Below, piece by piece: positions 53,410-64,000 of a stretch of 64,000 nt of DNA (positions are counted from its first letter, which is position 1; each line of letters starts with the position of its first letter). The translations under genes and the position numbers were made by a program. Origin of the DNA: Candidatus Marinacidobacterales bacterium. GTDB lineage: Bacteria; Acidobacteriota; Vicinamibacteria; Marinacidobacterales; DATDRI01. Location: positions 1,984,001 through 2,048,000 of the forward strand of contig CBDCNP010000002.1 of NCBI GenBank assembly GCA_965219415.1. Reading direction: 5' to 3'. The notes below the pieces were generated by a model that did no database searches, had not been told where the DNA came from, and saw nothing but the letters and a program-made list of their open reading frames with translations.

Positions 53410-54640
53410 TCATCCATGTAAGACCTCGCTCGGCCGGTCACCGTGATACGGACGCTCTGCAGAACCGTCTCGGCCGTTACCGGAATAGCCAACAGGTGGA
53501 GGATCATCGACCTCTCTCATGGACTCCAACCCCAGTAGATACACCACCTGCAGATCTTCCAGATATCCCACCACCTGAACATCGTCTGTATATCCCACAG
53601 GGTACACTCGGGAGAAGTCTTCGAGGCGCATCAGGACCTTCCCTTTTTTCTCCTGACTGTCAGACCCGATTGACAGGAACTCCTTGAGGAAGTAACGGAC
53701 TACAGAAACTCGTGTCAGGGCGCCTTTCCACGGGAACAGTCGATCGAGGTTTTGATAGGCGGGAGGGATCGAGTCGGTCGCCAGCTTGACGACGCGGTCC
53801 TCTACTCTGCTCACGCGTCCAAGGACCCAGCCGCGAGCCTCGTTCAGGCCGTCGTTGTAGATTAGGACCAGCTCATCGGCACTTAAGGTCGGGCACCGGG
53901 TGCTCCAGGACGACATCTTGGCCGTCGAAAGCGGCAACGGCATGAGGACCGGGATCCACGTCGGGATCGAGTCGCGTCCGGACGATTTCGAGGACATCGG
54001 GATCATGGTTGCCAACCGAAGGATCGATCTCCGGCGTCGTGATCGCCGGAAATTCAGGGGGCAATGACTCCCATGCCTGGAAGACATCCCTAGAGATAAC
54101 ATCGATGGCAAACCTCGCCGCCTGCTGAAGCTCCTGCACTTCAGGCGGTCTCTTGTTGTGAACGAGCACCCCGTTGGCGAAGAAATTATGGTGGGGCAAG
54201 ACGGTCAGGTCGTGGACCCTTACGGGAGAGTGAACTTCGACCCGTTCGCTGACCCTCGTGGCCCCTTGATGAAGCTCGACGATGTCGCCGGGCCAGACTC
54301 TGCCCGCCACACGCCAGTCGAGGGCTGTTCGAAGCGGGTGGGACGACGTGACTCCCAAGCTCCGTCCATCGGCGAAAGTGAATTGCAGGAAGCCCGCCTC
54401 GGAATAGGAATGTTTCGCCGTCACATGGCTTGGAACGATCTCCCCGGTTGCGGTCTTCGACAGGACTTCATCGCCCGGTTCGATATCCTCTATACGGCGC
54501 GGCCCATGTGGCGTTGCGATGACCGTTCCTTCGATGACGCAGTGAGGAGTCTCCAGGAACGGGGACAAGATCAGGCCCAAGAGGGCGGCTCCTAGGGCTA
54601 TGCCGCCGAGCCAGACGAGTTTGTGGACCTTTGTACTCAT
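53410..54640 (-). CDS. Membrane-anchored Hint-domain protein with a pilin-like continuation (frameshift near 53880)
   Basis: TM, then Hint CVIEGTVIAT...VTSSHP...HDLTV..HHNFFANGVLVHN|K (54541-54155), then ELQQAARFAIDVISRDV. Confidence 0.8.
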
Positions 54641-54975
54641 AAGGAGCGCTGGATCGCACCCGAGGTGCACTCTCGCTCTACAAGGCTGGGGGAGTAGTCC
54701 GTGACATCTATTGTACGACGGGTTGACGAGATTCGCATCACTCCTATTCTTTCCTCGGTGTTATTCTGTCAACTATGCTCCCGGTTGCTCAGTTACAGCT
54801 TTCATCTCCGTACCCTTACCCCCACTTCACACGTCGACGGTGCTCGTGACCGTCATCAAGGAGGCTGGAGATTTAAGGTGTCCTCAAATTGAGAACGGGG
54901 ACAGCACGGGGATAGTCGAGGCATTTTACGGCGATCTTGTCGCAGCGTGTTTGTATTTTAAGTGGTTGACTCGCC

Positions 54976-55062
54976 TGGTGCCGGGGGCGGGACTCGAACC
55001 CGCACGAGGGGTCACCTCAGGGGATTTTAAGTCCCCCGCGTCTGCCATTCCGCCACCCCGGC
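54976..55062 (-). tRNA. tRNA-Leu(TAA)
   Basis: GCCGGGGTGGCGGAATGGCAGACGC...ACTTAAAAT...long variable arm...GTTCGAGTC...CACCA. Confidence 0.97.
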
Positions 55063-55145
55063 AAGACCGTAGGAAGTTGGCATTGTGCCATAGGCGAGGC
55101 CCACCAGAACATCGGAACTGGAGCCCGGATGACGGTCAGGAGCCT

Positions 55146-56365
55146 TTATGAACGACCATCCACAATGTGGGCACGTGAGATTTTCGCGAGCGAGGTCGTT
55201 CCCGCTTGCCGCATGATCCCCCTCGAGCTCGCGGCGTAAGATTTCCAAGACCGCTTCCACGCCCTCCTGACCAAAGGCACTGAGGCCCCAGAGATAGGGT
55301 CTTCCGATGGCGACGGCGTTCGCACCTAGCGCCAAGGCTTTGAAGATGTCGGTACCCCGGCGGAACCCGCCATCGACAATGACCGGGATCCGTCCGGACA
55401 CGGCCTCGACGATTTCGGGTAGACACTCGATGGTCGATCGGTCGCTGGCTTCGTTGCGGCCGCCGTGGTTCGACACGATGATGCCATCCACACCGTGCTC
55501 CACTGAAAGCTCGGCGTCCTCGCGGGTTACGATGCCCTTGAGGAAGAGCTTCATCGTTGTCGCGTCCTTGAGCCGCTCGATGTAGTCCCAGTCCATGTCC
55601 AGCGGGATCTCGTCAATCACCCGTGAAACGTCGATACCGTCGAACATGGGCCTTCGCTTCACCAGGCCGACCCAGGAGCTCCAGTCGTGACAGGTTTCGC
55701 AGTTGCGGTCGTCGCGCCTCGCGAAGCGTTGCGCGGTTTCTCGGTTGCCGCCGCCCTGGCCATCGATGGTCAGAGCCACGACCGGGCACCCCGCCGCCTC
55801 GGCTCTTGTAAGGAGACGCTGGGTGATACTCCACTCGTTGGTCGGATAAAGCTGAAACCAAACGGGGGCGCCGGTCGCTTCCGTGACCTCTTCCACCGAG
55901 GATGTGGCGACGGTCGAGAAAACCTGAAGATGTTTCTTTGTGCGCGCCGCCCGGGCCACGGCTAGCTCACCATCGGGATGAAACGCCTTTTGGCTGGAGG
56001 TCGGTGCCAAAATGATCGGCGTCTCCCAGCGCGTTCCCAGGAGCTCGACCGACGTGTCGATCCGGCTCACGTCGATGAGGCGTCGCACCCTGAGCTGAAA
56101 CTTCTGGAAGCCTTCGCGATTTGCGCGAAGTGTCCTATCGTCGTCTACACCGGTGGCCAGGTAACCATAGTGGGCGGGAGGTAGGATCTTCTCGGCGACT
56201 TCGCGAAAGTCGAAGACATTCAGGGCATCCCTTGGGATCAGTAATTACCTCACCGTCAGCACCTAGCTGAAACCAGCCGGGAGCACCGTGAACGAGGAGA
56301 GGGCTCGCCGCCATGAACCGCAGAAATTGGCGGCGATCCTCGAGTTGGCCGAAACGTTGCGACAT
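55146..56365 (-). CDS. FMN-dependent alpha-hydroxy acid oxidase with Tat-like signal (frameshifted)
   Basis: DRRQFL; WFQLY, LKGI, SNHGGR, DGGFRRGTD, IGRPYLWGL. Confidence 0.9.
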
Positions 56366-56396
56366 CACACCCCCCGACAAGTTTTTGGCAGACGAT

Positions 56397-56600
56397 CTAG
56401 GCCGAGTCGGCCGCCTTACCGTCGGGGTCGCTGATGCGTATGGAAACCTCGATGTTGAAGTTCTTTTCGCAGGAACGACAGTAATAGATCGAACTCGTTC
56501 GACCCACCGTGTGAAGCTGTTCCCAATGGCAATTAGGACAGATGAACACGAAATTCGCGCTGTACAGCACGGTACGTTTTGGCTTGCTCTTTTCCGACAA
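56397..56600 (-). CDS. Small zinc-ribbon protein
   Basis: CPNC...CRSC in 67 aa; TTG start. Confidence 0.55.
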   Translation of the reverse strand: MSEKSKPKRTVLYSANFVFICPNCHWEQLHTVGRTSSIYYCRSCEKNFNIEVSIRISDPDGKAADSA

Positions 56601-56648
56601 TCGGTTGCCCCATGGGAACCGACGCTCGGAGGGGAAGGTTATGAGGGC

Positions 56649-56724
56649 TGGAGGCGGCGAGCGGATTCGAACCGCTGAATAAAGGTTTTGCAGACCTCTG
56701 CCTTAGCCACTTGGCTACGCCGCC
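56649..56724 (-). tRNA. tRNA-Cys(GCA)
   Basis: GGCGGCGTAGCCAAGTGG...CTGCAAA...GTTCGAATCC...CCA. Confidence 0.97.
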
Positions 56725-56804
56725 CGTTCACAAAAAAATAAGGCTGCCTGCCTCCCCGCTCGGCTCTTTTCAGCGCCATCCGAGCGGCACTTCTCAAGTA
56801 TTCA

Positions 56805-56879
<75 letters not shown>

Positions 56880-56988
56880 CGGCCTTGACGATAATAGGTA
56901 ACGCCGGGGAAGCTGTCAAACTGGGGGTTTTGGCGGCCCTCACGCTACTTCCTCCCCAACCCGCCTCCGTCCGCTTTTGTTCCATTGA

Positions 56989-58041
56989 CTACGACGGGTC
57001 CGCCGAAGCTTCAGCGGAGGCGGAAGGGGAGAGGGAAATGGAATCCCGGAGGGTTTGGGCAGCCTCCTCGGGGGGCGTGGGGTTGATGTAGATACCGGTT
57101 CCCCACTCGAATCCGGCCACTCTCGTGAGGATAGGCATGATCTCAATGTGCCAGTGATAAGACTCGTCCGATCCCTCGCGGCAGGGTGCGCTGTGGAGGA
57201 TCAGGTTGTAGGGGGGCCGGCCCAGCACCTCGTCGAGGGCTGTCAGAGTCGACCTAAGGGCTCCGGCTAGGCTGCCGCACTCGGTCTCCGACATGTCTTA
57301 GAAACGGGCGTTGTGTCGTCGCGGTAGCAACCAGCACTCGAAAGAAAACCTAGAAGCGTAAGGAGCCACCGCAATGAAATACTCATTCTTGAGAATGAGG
57401 CGCTCCCCATCGCGTTCTTCCTGGTGGGCGATGTCGCAATAGATGCAGCGTGATTTGCTGGAGAAATGCGCCCGAGCCCCTTCGACTTCTTCTCGAACCC
57501 GCGCCGGGACGATGGGTAGCGCGAGGAGCTGGGAGTGTCCGTGATCGAGCGTAGCACCCGCTTCGGGACCGTGGTTCCTGAAGATCACGATGTGTCGAAT
57601 CTGTGGATCCTTCGCGAGCTCACGGATTCGCGACTGATACACTCGCAAGACGTTTTCTATGGAATCTAGGGAAAGCGATGCCAGCGTCGCGCCGTGGTCC
57701 GGAGTCTCGACGATGACTTCGTGCACACCGACACCATCGAGCCGTTCAAAAAGCACCGAAAGGGCGGCACCTTGCTAGCCGACGTTGTGCCCCTCGTCGA
57801 GAGCGGGAAACTTGTTTGGAAACACTCGGACCTCCCACCCTGGTCTATCTGGATCGTTGCTCTGGGGAACGGTCAGCACCGCAGGAGGGGTCATCGCCTC
57901 GTTGCCCGGACAAAAGGGGCACGAATCAGAACGGCCGACGACCTCGGCGGTCCGTTTGGCGAAATCCGTAGGGCGACCCGCTCGCTCGGGTGCGATGAGA
58001 ACCCAGTTGCCGGCAATCGGATCTTTTCGAAGCTCGGACAA
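56989..58041 (-). CDS. galT: Galactose-1-phosphate uridylyltransferase (frameshifted)
   Basis: ELRKDP, CPFCPGNE, PNKFPAL, HEVIVET, GATLDHGHSQ, HWHIEI, AGFEWGTG. Confidence 0.92.
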
Positions 58042-58056
58042 GAATGACCCCCTCGA

Positions 58057-58491
58057 CTAGGCCTGTCCGTCAAAAGCGTCTTGGTAGATTCTGACTACCG
58101 GCCGTCGATCGTCTGGGAACTCGATACCCACCACGTCGAATCGAATGGGCGACTCACTCCATCCCCGCCGGGCGGCGTAGGCGAGCGCCAGCCGGGTGAG
58201 CTTTCTTTGTTTTTGACGGTCAACCGCTTCTATCGGCGTCCCGAAGCGGCTGCCGCGGCGTGTTTTGACCTCGACGAAAACGAGTACTTCGCCGTGACGA
58301 GCAACGATGTCGATCTCCCCCAGCCGGCTTCGTTCTCATCTAGCAAGGATGCGGTAGTCCTCCTTCTTCAGCGCTCGGACGGCGAGGTCTTCGCCGCGGC
58401 GACCGAGCGACAAACTATCAAGGGAATTAGCGGCGTGTCCGACCAGAAATCGGCGGAACTTATCCCACCACGCACGAGGTCCCTCGTTCAC
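58057..58491 (-). CDS. yraN: YraN-family putative endonuclease (in-frame TGA; absent from the ORF track)
   Basis: LGRRGEDLA...YRILAR*ERSRLGEIDIVA...VFVEVKTR...RFDVV. The GTG overlaps the cysS stop; TGA at 58336-58338. Confidence 0.88.
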
Positions 58492-59891
58492 TTCCTGCGC
58501 CAGCGAGTACCGGCGGGTGTATCCTCGAGCACGATCCCCTTGCCATCGAGCTCGTCACGGATCGCGTCCGAACGAACGAAGTCACGCCGGGCCCTAGCCT
58601 CACGCCTCTCGGTGATCAGCTTCTCGACGTCGGCATCCAGCATCACCGCCTCGGTTTGTCTGAAGACACCGAAGACGGTGTTCAGCCGCTCGACTGTCCC
58701 CGCAATCTCGCCAGCATCCTCCTTGGTAAGAGAAGACGAAGAAAGAGCCCGATTCGCCTCCCTCACCAGGTCGAAAAGTGCGCCAAGCGCGGCCGGCGTA
58801 TTGAGGTCGTCATCCATGGCCTGCTCGAAAGCCTCGCGGGCACGGCGGGTCATATCCTGGACGCTTTCTGAAAGAGGACCGTCCGCTTGAACCTCCCCGA
58901 GCCTCTCCAACAGATCGTCGACTCGGCGGATAGCCTGTTCCGCCTGTCGGATGCCCTCGCGGCTGAAGTTCAACTGCTTGCGGTAATGGGCGGAGAGTAG
59001 AAGGTAGCGGATGCCGGCGGGCGAGAATCCTTCTTTCACGAGGTCGCGGACGGTGAACTGATTCCCCTTGGATTTGGCCATCTTCTCGCCCTCGACGAGC
59101 AAGAATTCGGCGTGGATCCAAAAACGGACGAAGGGCTTCCCGGTCGCCCCTTCACTTTGGGCGATCTCGTTCTCGTGGTGGGGAAAAATGAGATCGACTC
59201 CGCCGCCGTGAATATCAAAACTCTCACCGAGCAGCTTCATGCTCATCGCGGAGCATTCGAGGTGCCAGCCGGGGCGACCGGGCCCGATGTCGGTATCCCA
59301 GGACGGCTCGTTCTCCTTCGGGCTCTTCCACAAGACAAAATCCCGGGCATTCTCTTTGCCATAATCGTCACCGTCCCCGGCTCCCGACTGCATACCCTCG
59401 ACGTCGATCCGCGAGAGTTTTCCGTATTCGGGGAGTGTCGAAATACGAAAATAGATCGAGCCGTCCCTCTCGTACGTATGGCCTCGCTCCTTGAGTCTCT
59501 TGACCAGATCGACCATCGCGTCGAGGTATTCCGGATCGGTAGCACGAGGATAATGCTCCGCTCTTTCGATGTTCAACGTATCGGCGTCTTCGTAGAAATA
59601 CTCGATGAACTTGTCGGTGTATTCTCTCAGCGGCGACCCTTCCTCGAGCGCGCCGGCAATCGTTTTGTCGTCAACGTCGGTGAAGTTCACAACCTGTGTC
59701 ACGCGAAATCCCTTGTACTTCAGGTAACGCCGCAGGATGTCCTGAGCGACGAAAGTCTTGAAGTTACCGATGTGTCCTCGGTTGTAGACCGTCAAACCGC
59801 AGGTGTACATGCGGACATGACCAGGCTCGAGAGGCTCGAAAGCCTCTTTCGCCCCACCGAGAGTATTCGTGAGCTTGAGCGGGTTACCCAT
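58488..59891 (-). CDS. cysS: Cysteine--tRNA ligase
   Basis: YTCG, HIGN, DFVLWK, GRPGWHLECS, FPHHENE, KMAKS. Confidence 0.98.
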   Translation of the reverse strand: MGNPLKLTNTLGGAKEAFEPLEPGHVRMYTCGLTVYNRGHIGNFKTFVAQDILRRYLKYKGFRVTQVVNFTDVDDKTIAGALEEGSPLREYTDKFIEYFYEDADTLNIERAEHYPRATDPEYLDAMVDLVKRLKERGHTYERDGSIYFRISTLPEYGKLSRIDVEGMQSGAGDGDDYGKENARDFVLWKSPKENEPSWDTDIGPGRPGWHLECSAMSMKLLGESFDIHGGGVDLIFPHHENEIAQSEGATGKPFVRFWIHAEFLLVEGEKMAKSKGNQFTVRDLVKEGFSPAGIRYLLLSAHYRKQLNFSREGIRQAEQAIRRVDDLLERLGEVQADGPLSESVQDMTRRAREAFEQAMDDDLNTPAALGALFDLVREANRALSSSSLTKEDAGEIAGTVERLNTVFGVFRQTEAVMLDADVEKLITERREARARRDFVRSDAIRDELDGKGIVLEDTPAGTRWRRK

Positions 59892-59893
59892 GT

Positions 59894-61528
59894 CTAAAGC
59901 CTCTTGACCACGACCAATGTCAGATCGTCGCCGAGCCCTGCTCCCGCGGCAAAAGCACGGGGGCGCCGACCAACCGCCCGACGATTTCTTGAGCGGGAAG
60001 ATTCGCCACTGCTAGGGCCGTTTCCACAATCCGGCCCCCCTCCTCGAACTCCTCGCCGTCAGGACTGCGGGTCTCGGACAATCCATCGGTATAGAGTACG
60101 AGCAGATCTCCGGGGTCGAGTTGGCTGCGGCCGACTTCCACATGGACCTCGGGAAGAAGCCCGACCACCTGGCTGCCCCGGCTCAATGACTCCACGTCTC
60201 CGCCCCCACGCAACAACAAAGGATAGACGTGACCGGCATTCACGTAGGTGAACTTTCCATTCGCCGGATCCAGTAAGGCGTAAAAGACGGTCACGTATTT
60301 GTTGAGCTCGGTCGTGCGGAAGACGATTTCATTCAATCGCGAGAAGAGTACATCGAGGGGCAAGTCGCCTAGACTCGAGAGCGTTCTCAGCGAGGCCTGT
60401 ACCGAAGCCATTAGGAGCGCCGGTCCGGTACCCTTTCCGGAAACGTCGGCGATCGCCAGCTCCTTTTCCAACTTCTGTTTCTCGACCCATTCGCGGGTAA
60501 GCCTCTGACGATCGAGAGCCGCTGCGCCCTGTGCGGTAAGCGAGCGAAGAAAATCCACATCGTCATCGCCGATTGGCTGGCCATTCGCCTTGCGCCCTAC
60601 CAGAAGTACTCCATGGGCGTCGCCTCCAGAACGAAGGGGCAGGACGACTTCGAAACCATGGGTCACCAGCAAGTCGCGGAGCTTTCCCGACTCGAGGTCA
60701 TCGACTCTCACCACTCCTCGGTCCTTCGCATTCAGCCTCGGCGTCTCCGATCGAAGAAGGTCGAGTTGCGCCGGGGTCGAGCTTGACACCTCTCACGTCC
60801 ACTCGTTTCGAGCCTACCAAAGCACAGCGAGTGGCGAGTGGCTGGCCCATGGCACTGGCCATCAGCACTTCCCGAACCCGCGTCGCGTCCACCGCAACGA
60901 GGAGCTCCCGCGTGATGTCGAACAGGGAGTCGAGTTGATAAATCTTGAGCGTCAACTTCTGGTTGAGGTGTTGTAGCTCTTCGTAGACGCGACCGTTATC
61001 TATACTCGCCGCGGCCGAAATCGAAAGCGCTTCCAAGAAAGATCGCTCGCCCGGCCCGTAGCCTCCCGGTCGCTTCCCCAGAACGAGAAGTCCGGTGAGT
61101 CGGGCGCCTTTTCTGAGAGGGGTGACGAGGTCTGCCTTTAGTAAACGGATCAGTTCGACGCAATCCGGTGCGAGCGTCGGGTCATCCGGTCTTGCGGAGC
61201 GCTCGAGCCCTTCCGCTCCTTCGGCCGCAAAACCGGGAGCGTCCTTTTGGGGTGCGGAGGCTCCTCGCCGTGCCATGAAACGAAAGAGACCATCGTCTCC
61301 CCTTAACGCAATGCAAGCCCAGGACGCTTGGGTCTCGCCAATGGCAACGAGAAGGACAAGGTCCAAAATCTCAGAGAGCTCGAGAGAACGATTCAGAGTG
61401 GTGCTGAAGTCGAGAAGGGTAAGAAGCTCGGACAGTCTCTTCCCGACGCTCGCATCCTCGGAAAGCCCGGTAAGGGGAGCTAGTGCCTTTTGGTAGCGGA
61501 AGGATAAGGGGGCGAGTTCGTCCGACAT
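59894..61528 (-). CDS. GAF-GAF-SpoIIE (RsbU-like) PP2C phosphatase; frameshifts and an apparent internal deletion
   Basis: Two GAF domains; ADVSGKG, NAGH, LYTDG, DDLT. The segment containing GGD(Y/F) is missing. Confidence 0.85.
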
Positions 61529-61570
61529 TGCGAGTTGGCAGGACGCGATCGGACCGGCGAAGGCCCCCTG

Positions 61571-62062
61571 CTATTCACCTTTGGTCTTGCGTTGTTTGTA
61601 GCGGACCATGACACACATGTTCTTGCCCGAACCGGCCTTGCCGAAACGCAAATCATCCATCATTTGCCTCATGATGTAGAGACCTAGGCCGCCGGTTCGG
61701 TGCTCGGCAACCAACTTGTCGAGATCGAACTCGGGCATCGGGACCTCATCGAGCGGTTCGCCGTCGTGAAGGATCTGGATATCCAAGCTCTCGCCCTCGG
61801 GGTCGAAATGCATCTCGATCTCACGCCCTTCCTCTCCGCGGTAGGCGTGTTCCAAAACGTTGGTGGTTGCTTCCTCCACCGCCATGGCGATCTTCTCAGC
61901 CTCGGCCTCATCGAAACCCGTGGACTCGGCGAGTCGCCGCGCGAGCTCTCGCACCATGTGCAGGTAACGGGTATCGCTGGGAAACCGCACCTCCAGCATC
62001 GAACGGCTGTTGGGCGACGACGCTCCGTGTTCGTTCTCGGCTGGTTTCTGTGCGTTGGACAT
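61571..62062 (-). CDS. RsbW-like anti-sigma factor/serine kinase
   Basis: AVEEATTNVLEHAY, GGLGLYIM. Confidence 0.9.
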   Translation of the reverse strand: MSNAQKPAENEHGASSPNSRSMLEVRFPSDTRYLHMVRELARRLAESTGFDEAEAEKIAMAVEEATTNVLEHAYRGEEGREIEMHFDPEGESLDIQILHDGEPLDEVPMPEFDLDKLVAEHRTGGLGLYIMRQMMDDLRFGKAGSGKNMCVMVRYKQRKTKGE

Positions 62063-62088
62063 CGGTATTCGTAGAGTTCGACTACTTG

Positions 62089-62447
62089 TCAGGGGTGCTC
62101 GAACCAGTATAGCTTCGCGACAGCCTCGGCCTCGGAATCGAAGACCCTACAGAGGTGATTGAATCCCAAGACTTCGAAGATGTTCAGGACCGTCTCGTTG
62201 AGATCCGTGAGTCGGATGTCGCCCCCCTAGAGCGTACCTCCTCGATATGCCCCATGATCACGCCCAAACCAGCGCTGGCAATGTAAGAGAGACCCGAACC
62301 GTTGATCACGATCTGCGTGCGACCGGATTCCACGGACCGCTCGAGCTCCTGCTCGAATTCGCGTACCGTGTGTGCGTTGATGAAACCGCGCGGGTAGATC
62401 ACCACCACTTCTCCCCGCTCTTGGCTTTCCATCATCAAATCAGGCAC
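62089..62447 (-). CDS. RsbV-like STAS anti-anti-sigma factor (frameshifted)
   Basis: LSYIASAGLG; V.NIFEVLG in the shifted frame. Confidence 0.88.
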
Positions 62448-62496
62448 CAGCTCCCCCACCCCAGAATTCTGTTTCCCCGAAGGGTCGACTTCCGTT

Positions 62497-63441
62497 TTAT
62501 AACACAAGGTCGCGACCGGGGCCACGGAAGAAGGCACCGGCATCTTCTTGATCCTGGGCCAGTTGCCGTTTGAGAGCGTCGGGCCCGTCGAAGGCGACCG
62601 TCGGCCGCAGTCGCTCGTGAAGAAAAAGTCGGATCGGCGCATCGTAGACTTCCTCCGAGAAGTCGAAGAGATGCGTCTCGACCGTTCGTGTCTCGATACC
62701 GAACGTGGGCCGTCGGCCCACGTGAGACATGCCCCGGTGAACCCGTCCCCCGAGCCTCGCGCTGGTCGCGTAGACGCCGTCCGCCACGAGCAGATCACCC
62801 ACCAGCGCCAGGTTCGCCGTGGGGAACCCAAGGCCCTTGCCTCGCCCGTCCCCTTTCACCACCTTGCCGTCCACGAAGTAGGGGCGCCCCAACATGGCGG
62901 AGGCGGCGGTCACTGCCCCGTCCGCCAATGCGCGTCGGATGCGCGAACTGCTGATAATCTCGTCGCCGCTTAGCGCCGGCTCGACCCGCCGAACCTCGAA
63001 GTCGAACGTCCCGCCGGAGGAACGGAGCGTCTCGAGACTGCCGGCCCTACCTCGGCCGAAACGGAAGTTCATCCCCAAGACTAGCTCCGAGGCGTGAAGC
63101 TTCTCGTAGAGAACGTCCCTGACGAAAGCCTCTGGCTCCTGGTGCGACAACTCGAGTGTGAACTCGATGATCAAGAGCAGATCGATGCCGGTCTCTTCCA
63201 GCAGCTCGCGTTTTTGTTCCGGGGTGAGAATACGCTTGGGCGCCATATCGGGGCGCAACACGCTGATGGGGTGCGGCTCAAAGGTTACGGCTACGGTAGG
63301 AACCGAGAGTTTATCGCCTCGCTCGACGAGAAGCTTCATGATGCGCTGGTGACCGAGGTGCACTCCATCGAAGTTACCCAGCGTGATGGCGGGTCGCGCA
63401 TCGGAGGCGAGATCCACCTCTGGATAGAAGCTGACGTTCAT
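62497..63441 (-). CDS. ribF: Bifunctional riboflavin kinase/FAD synthetase
   Basis: GNFDGVHLGH, ISSSRIR, GFPTAN, ETHLFDF. Confidence 0.97.
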   Translation of the reverse strand: MNVSFYPEVDLASDARPAITLGNFDGVHLGHQRIMKLLVERGDKLSVPTVAVTFEPHPISVLRPDMAPKRILTPEQKRELLEETGIDLLLIIEFTLELSHQEPEAFVRDVLYEKLHASELVLGMNFRFGRGRAGSLETLRSSGGTFDFEVRRVEPALSGDEIISSSRIRRALADGAVTAASAMLGRPYFVDGKVVKGDGRGKGLGFPTANLALVGDLLVADGVYATSARLGGRVHRGMSHVGRRPTFGIETRTVETHLFDFSEEVYDAPIRLFLHERLRPTVAFDGPDALKRQLAQDQEDAGAFFRGPGRDLVL

Positions 63442-63457
63442 CGAGTCGCCGAAAGAC

Positions 63458-64000
63458 TCACTGCGGGAGAGAATCGACGCTATGGGGTTGGAGCTCTTGA
63501 ACGTACGTCAGGTAGGGCTCGCCGGTTTCACTGACCGCAAAGAGCGTCACACTGTTTGCCCGTCGCTCGTAAACGAACGGCACACGGTAAGCGTCGCGCA
63601 AGTCCTCGGCATCGACTAATCTCTCGCTGACGAGCCCTCCGAGCGAATCCGGACGGGCTCCGTAGGCGAGAAAAAAGGCGCGCAGCGCAACGTCCACCTT
63701 CTGCAGGCGGGCAAGGCCGACTCCCCGCCTCAGCTCCCGGCCGCCAACACTGAAGACCCCTGCCTTACCCGGAACCCGAAACGGGGCCAAACCGGACAGG
63801 ACCAAACCGGCCAAAATCATCAGCACGACCACGGCGAGAAGAAATGTCCCTTTTGCCCCGGCAACGGTCAGGCCGGCGTCGGTCGCCGACTCGAGAGGAG
63901 CCATCCGTTCCATGGGAGCGCGCTGCTCGGCAGGAGCAACGAGCTTTCGATCGAGGAAGTCGAACAAAATCCGACACACATCGAAATCACTCATGCCGGT
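63458..64000 (-). CDS. C-terminal part of a membrane hypothetical protein (5' end outside window)
   Basis: Open to the window edge; one TM followed by a GspG-like tail. Confidence 0.55.
   Translation of the reverse strand, partial: TGMSDFDVCRILFDFLDRKLVAPAEQRAPMERMAPLESATDAGLTVAGAKGTFLLAVVVLMILAGLVLSGLAPFRVPGKAGVFSVGGRELRRGVGLARLQKVDVALRAFFLAYGARPDSLGGLVSERLVDAEDLRDAYRVPFVYERRANSVTLFAVSETGEPYLTYVQELQPHSVDSLPQ

Noticed and set aside
58336-58338. TGA in yraN as selenocysteine
   Set aside because: The position corresponds to Asn rather than Cys, and no convincing hairpin follows.

Overview
GC-rich bacterial chromosomal window. Gene content and protein style suggest Acidobacteriota or a similar lineage (inference only). 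Many housekeeping genes carry single-base frameshifts, often at homopolymers, which points to long-read consensus errors. Core genes: GAF/GGDEF cyclase, divergent clpB/dnaK, class V aminotransferase, kbl, Nudix, queG, two ECF sigma/anti-sigma loci (one heading a two-permease RND operon), CoA-transferase, MscS, a pilin/HD-GYP cluster, cell-surface glycosyltransferases, tRNA-Leu/Cys/Gly, galT, yraN, cysS, an rsbV-rsbW-rsbU-like operon and ribF. There are four IS elements (three IS256, one ISL3). About 43.8-55 kb is a decaying accessory region beside tRNA-Leu. Its main signal is not recovered by the ORF track. Removing two IS256 insertions at their target duplications restores a ~207-aa organomercurial lyase (MerB)-like gene with three in-frame UGA codons. 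Two of these lie at the MerB catalytic cysteine positions and are followed by SECIS-like hairpins. The gene sits in an operon behind a BlaI-type repressor and an M56 peptidase, with a redoxin downstream. Next to it, tandem integrase-less islets bounded by tRNA-Leu 3'-end copies carry a BrnT/Xre toxin-antitoxin pair and a Hint-domain, pilin-like protein. All calls are from reading the sequence; no searches were run.
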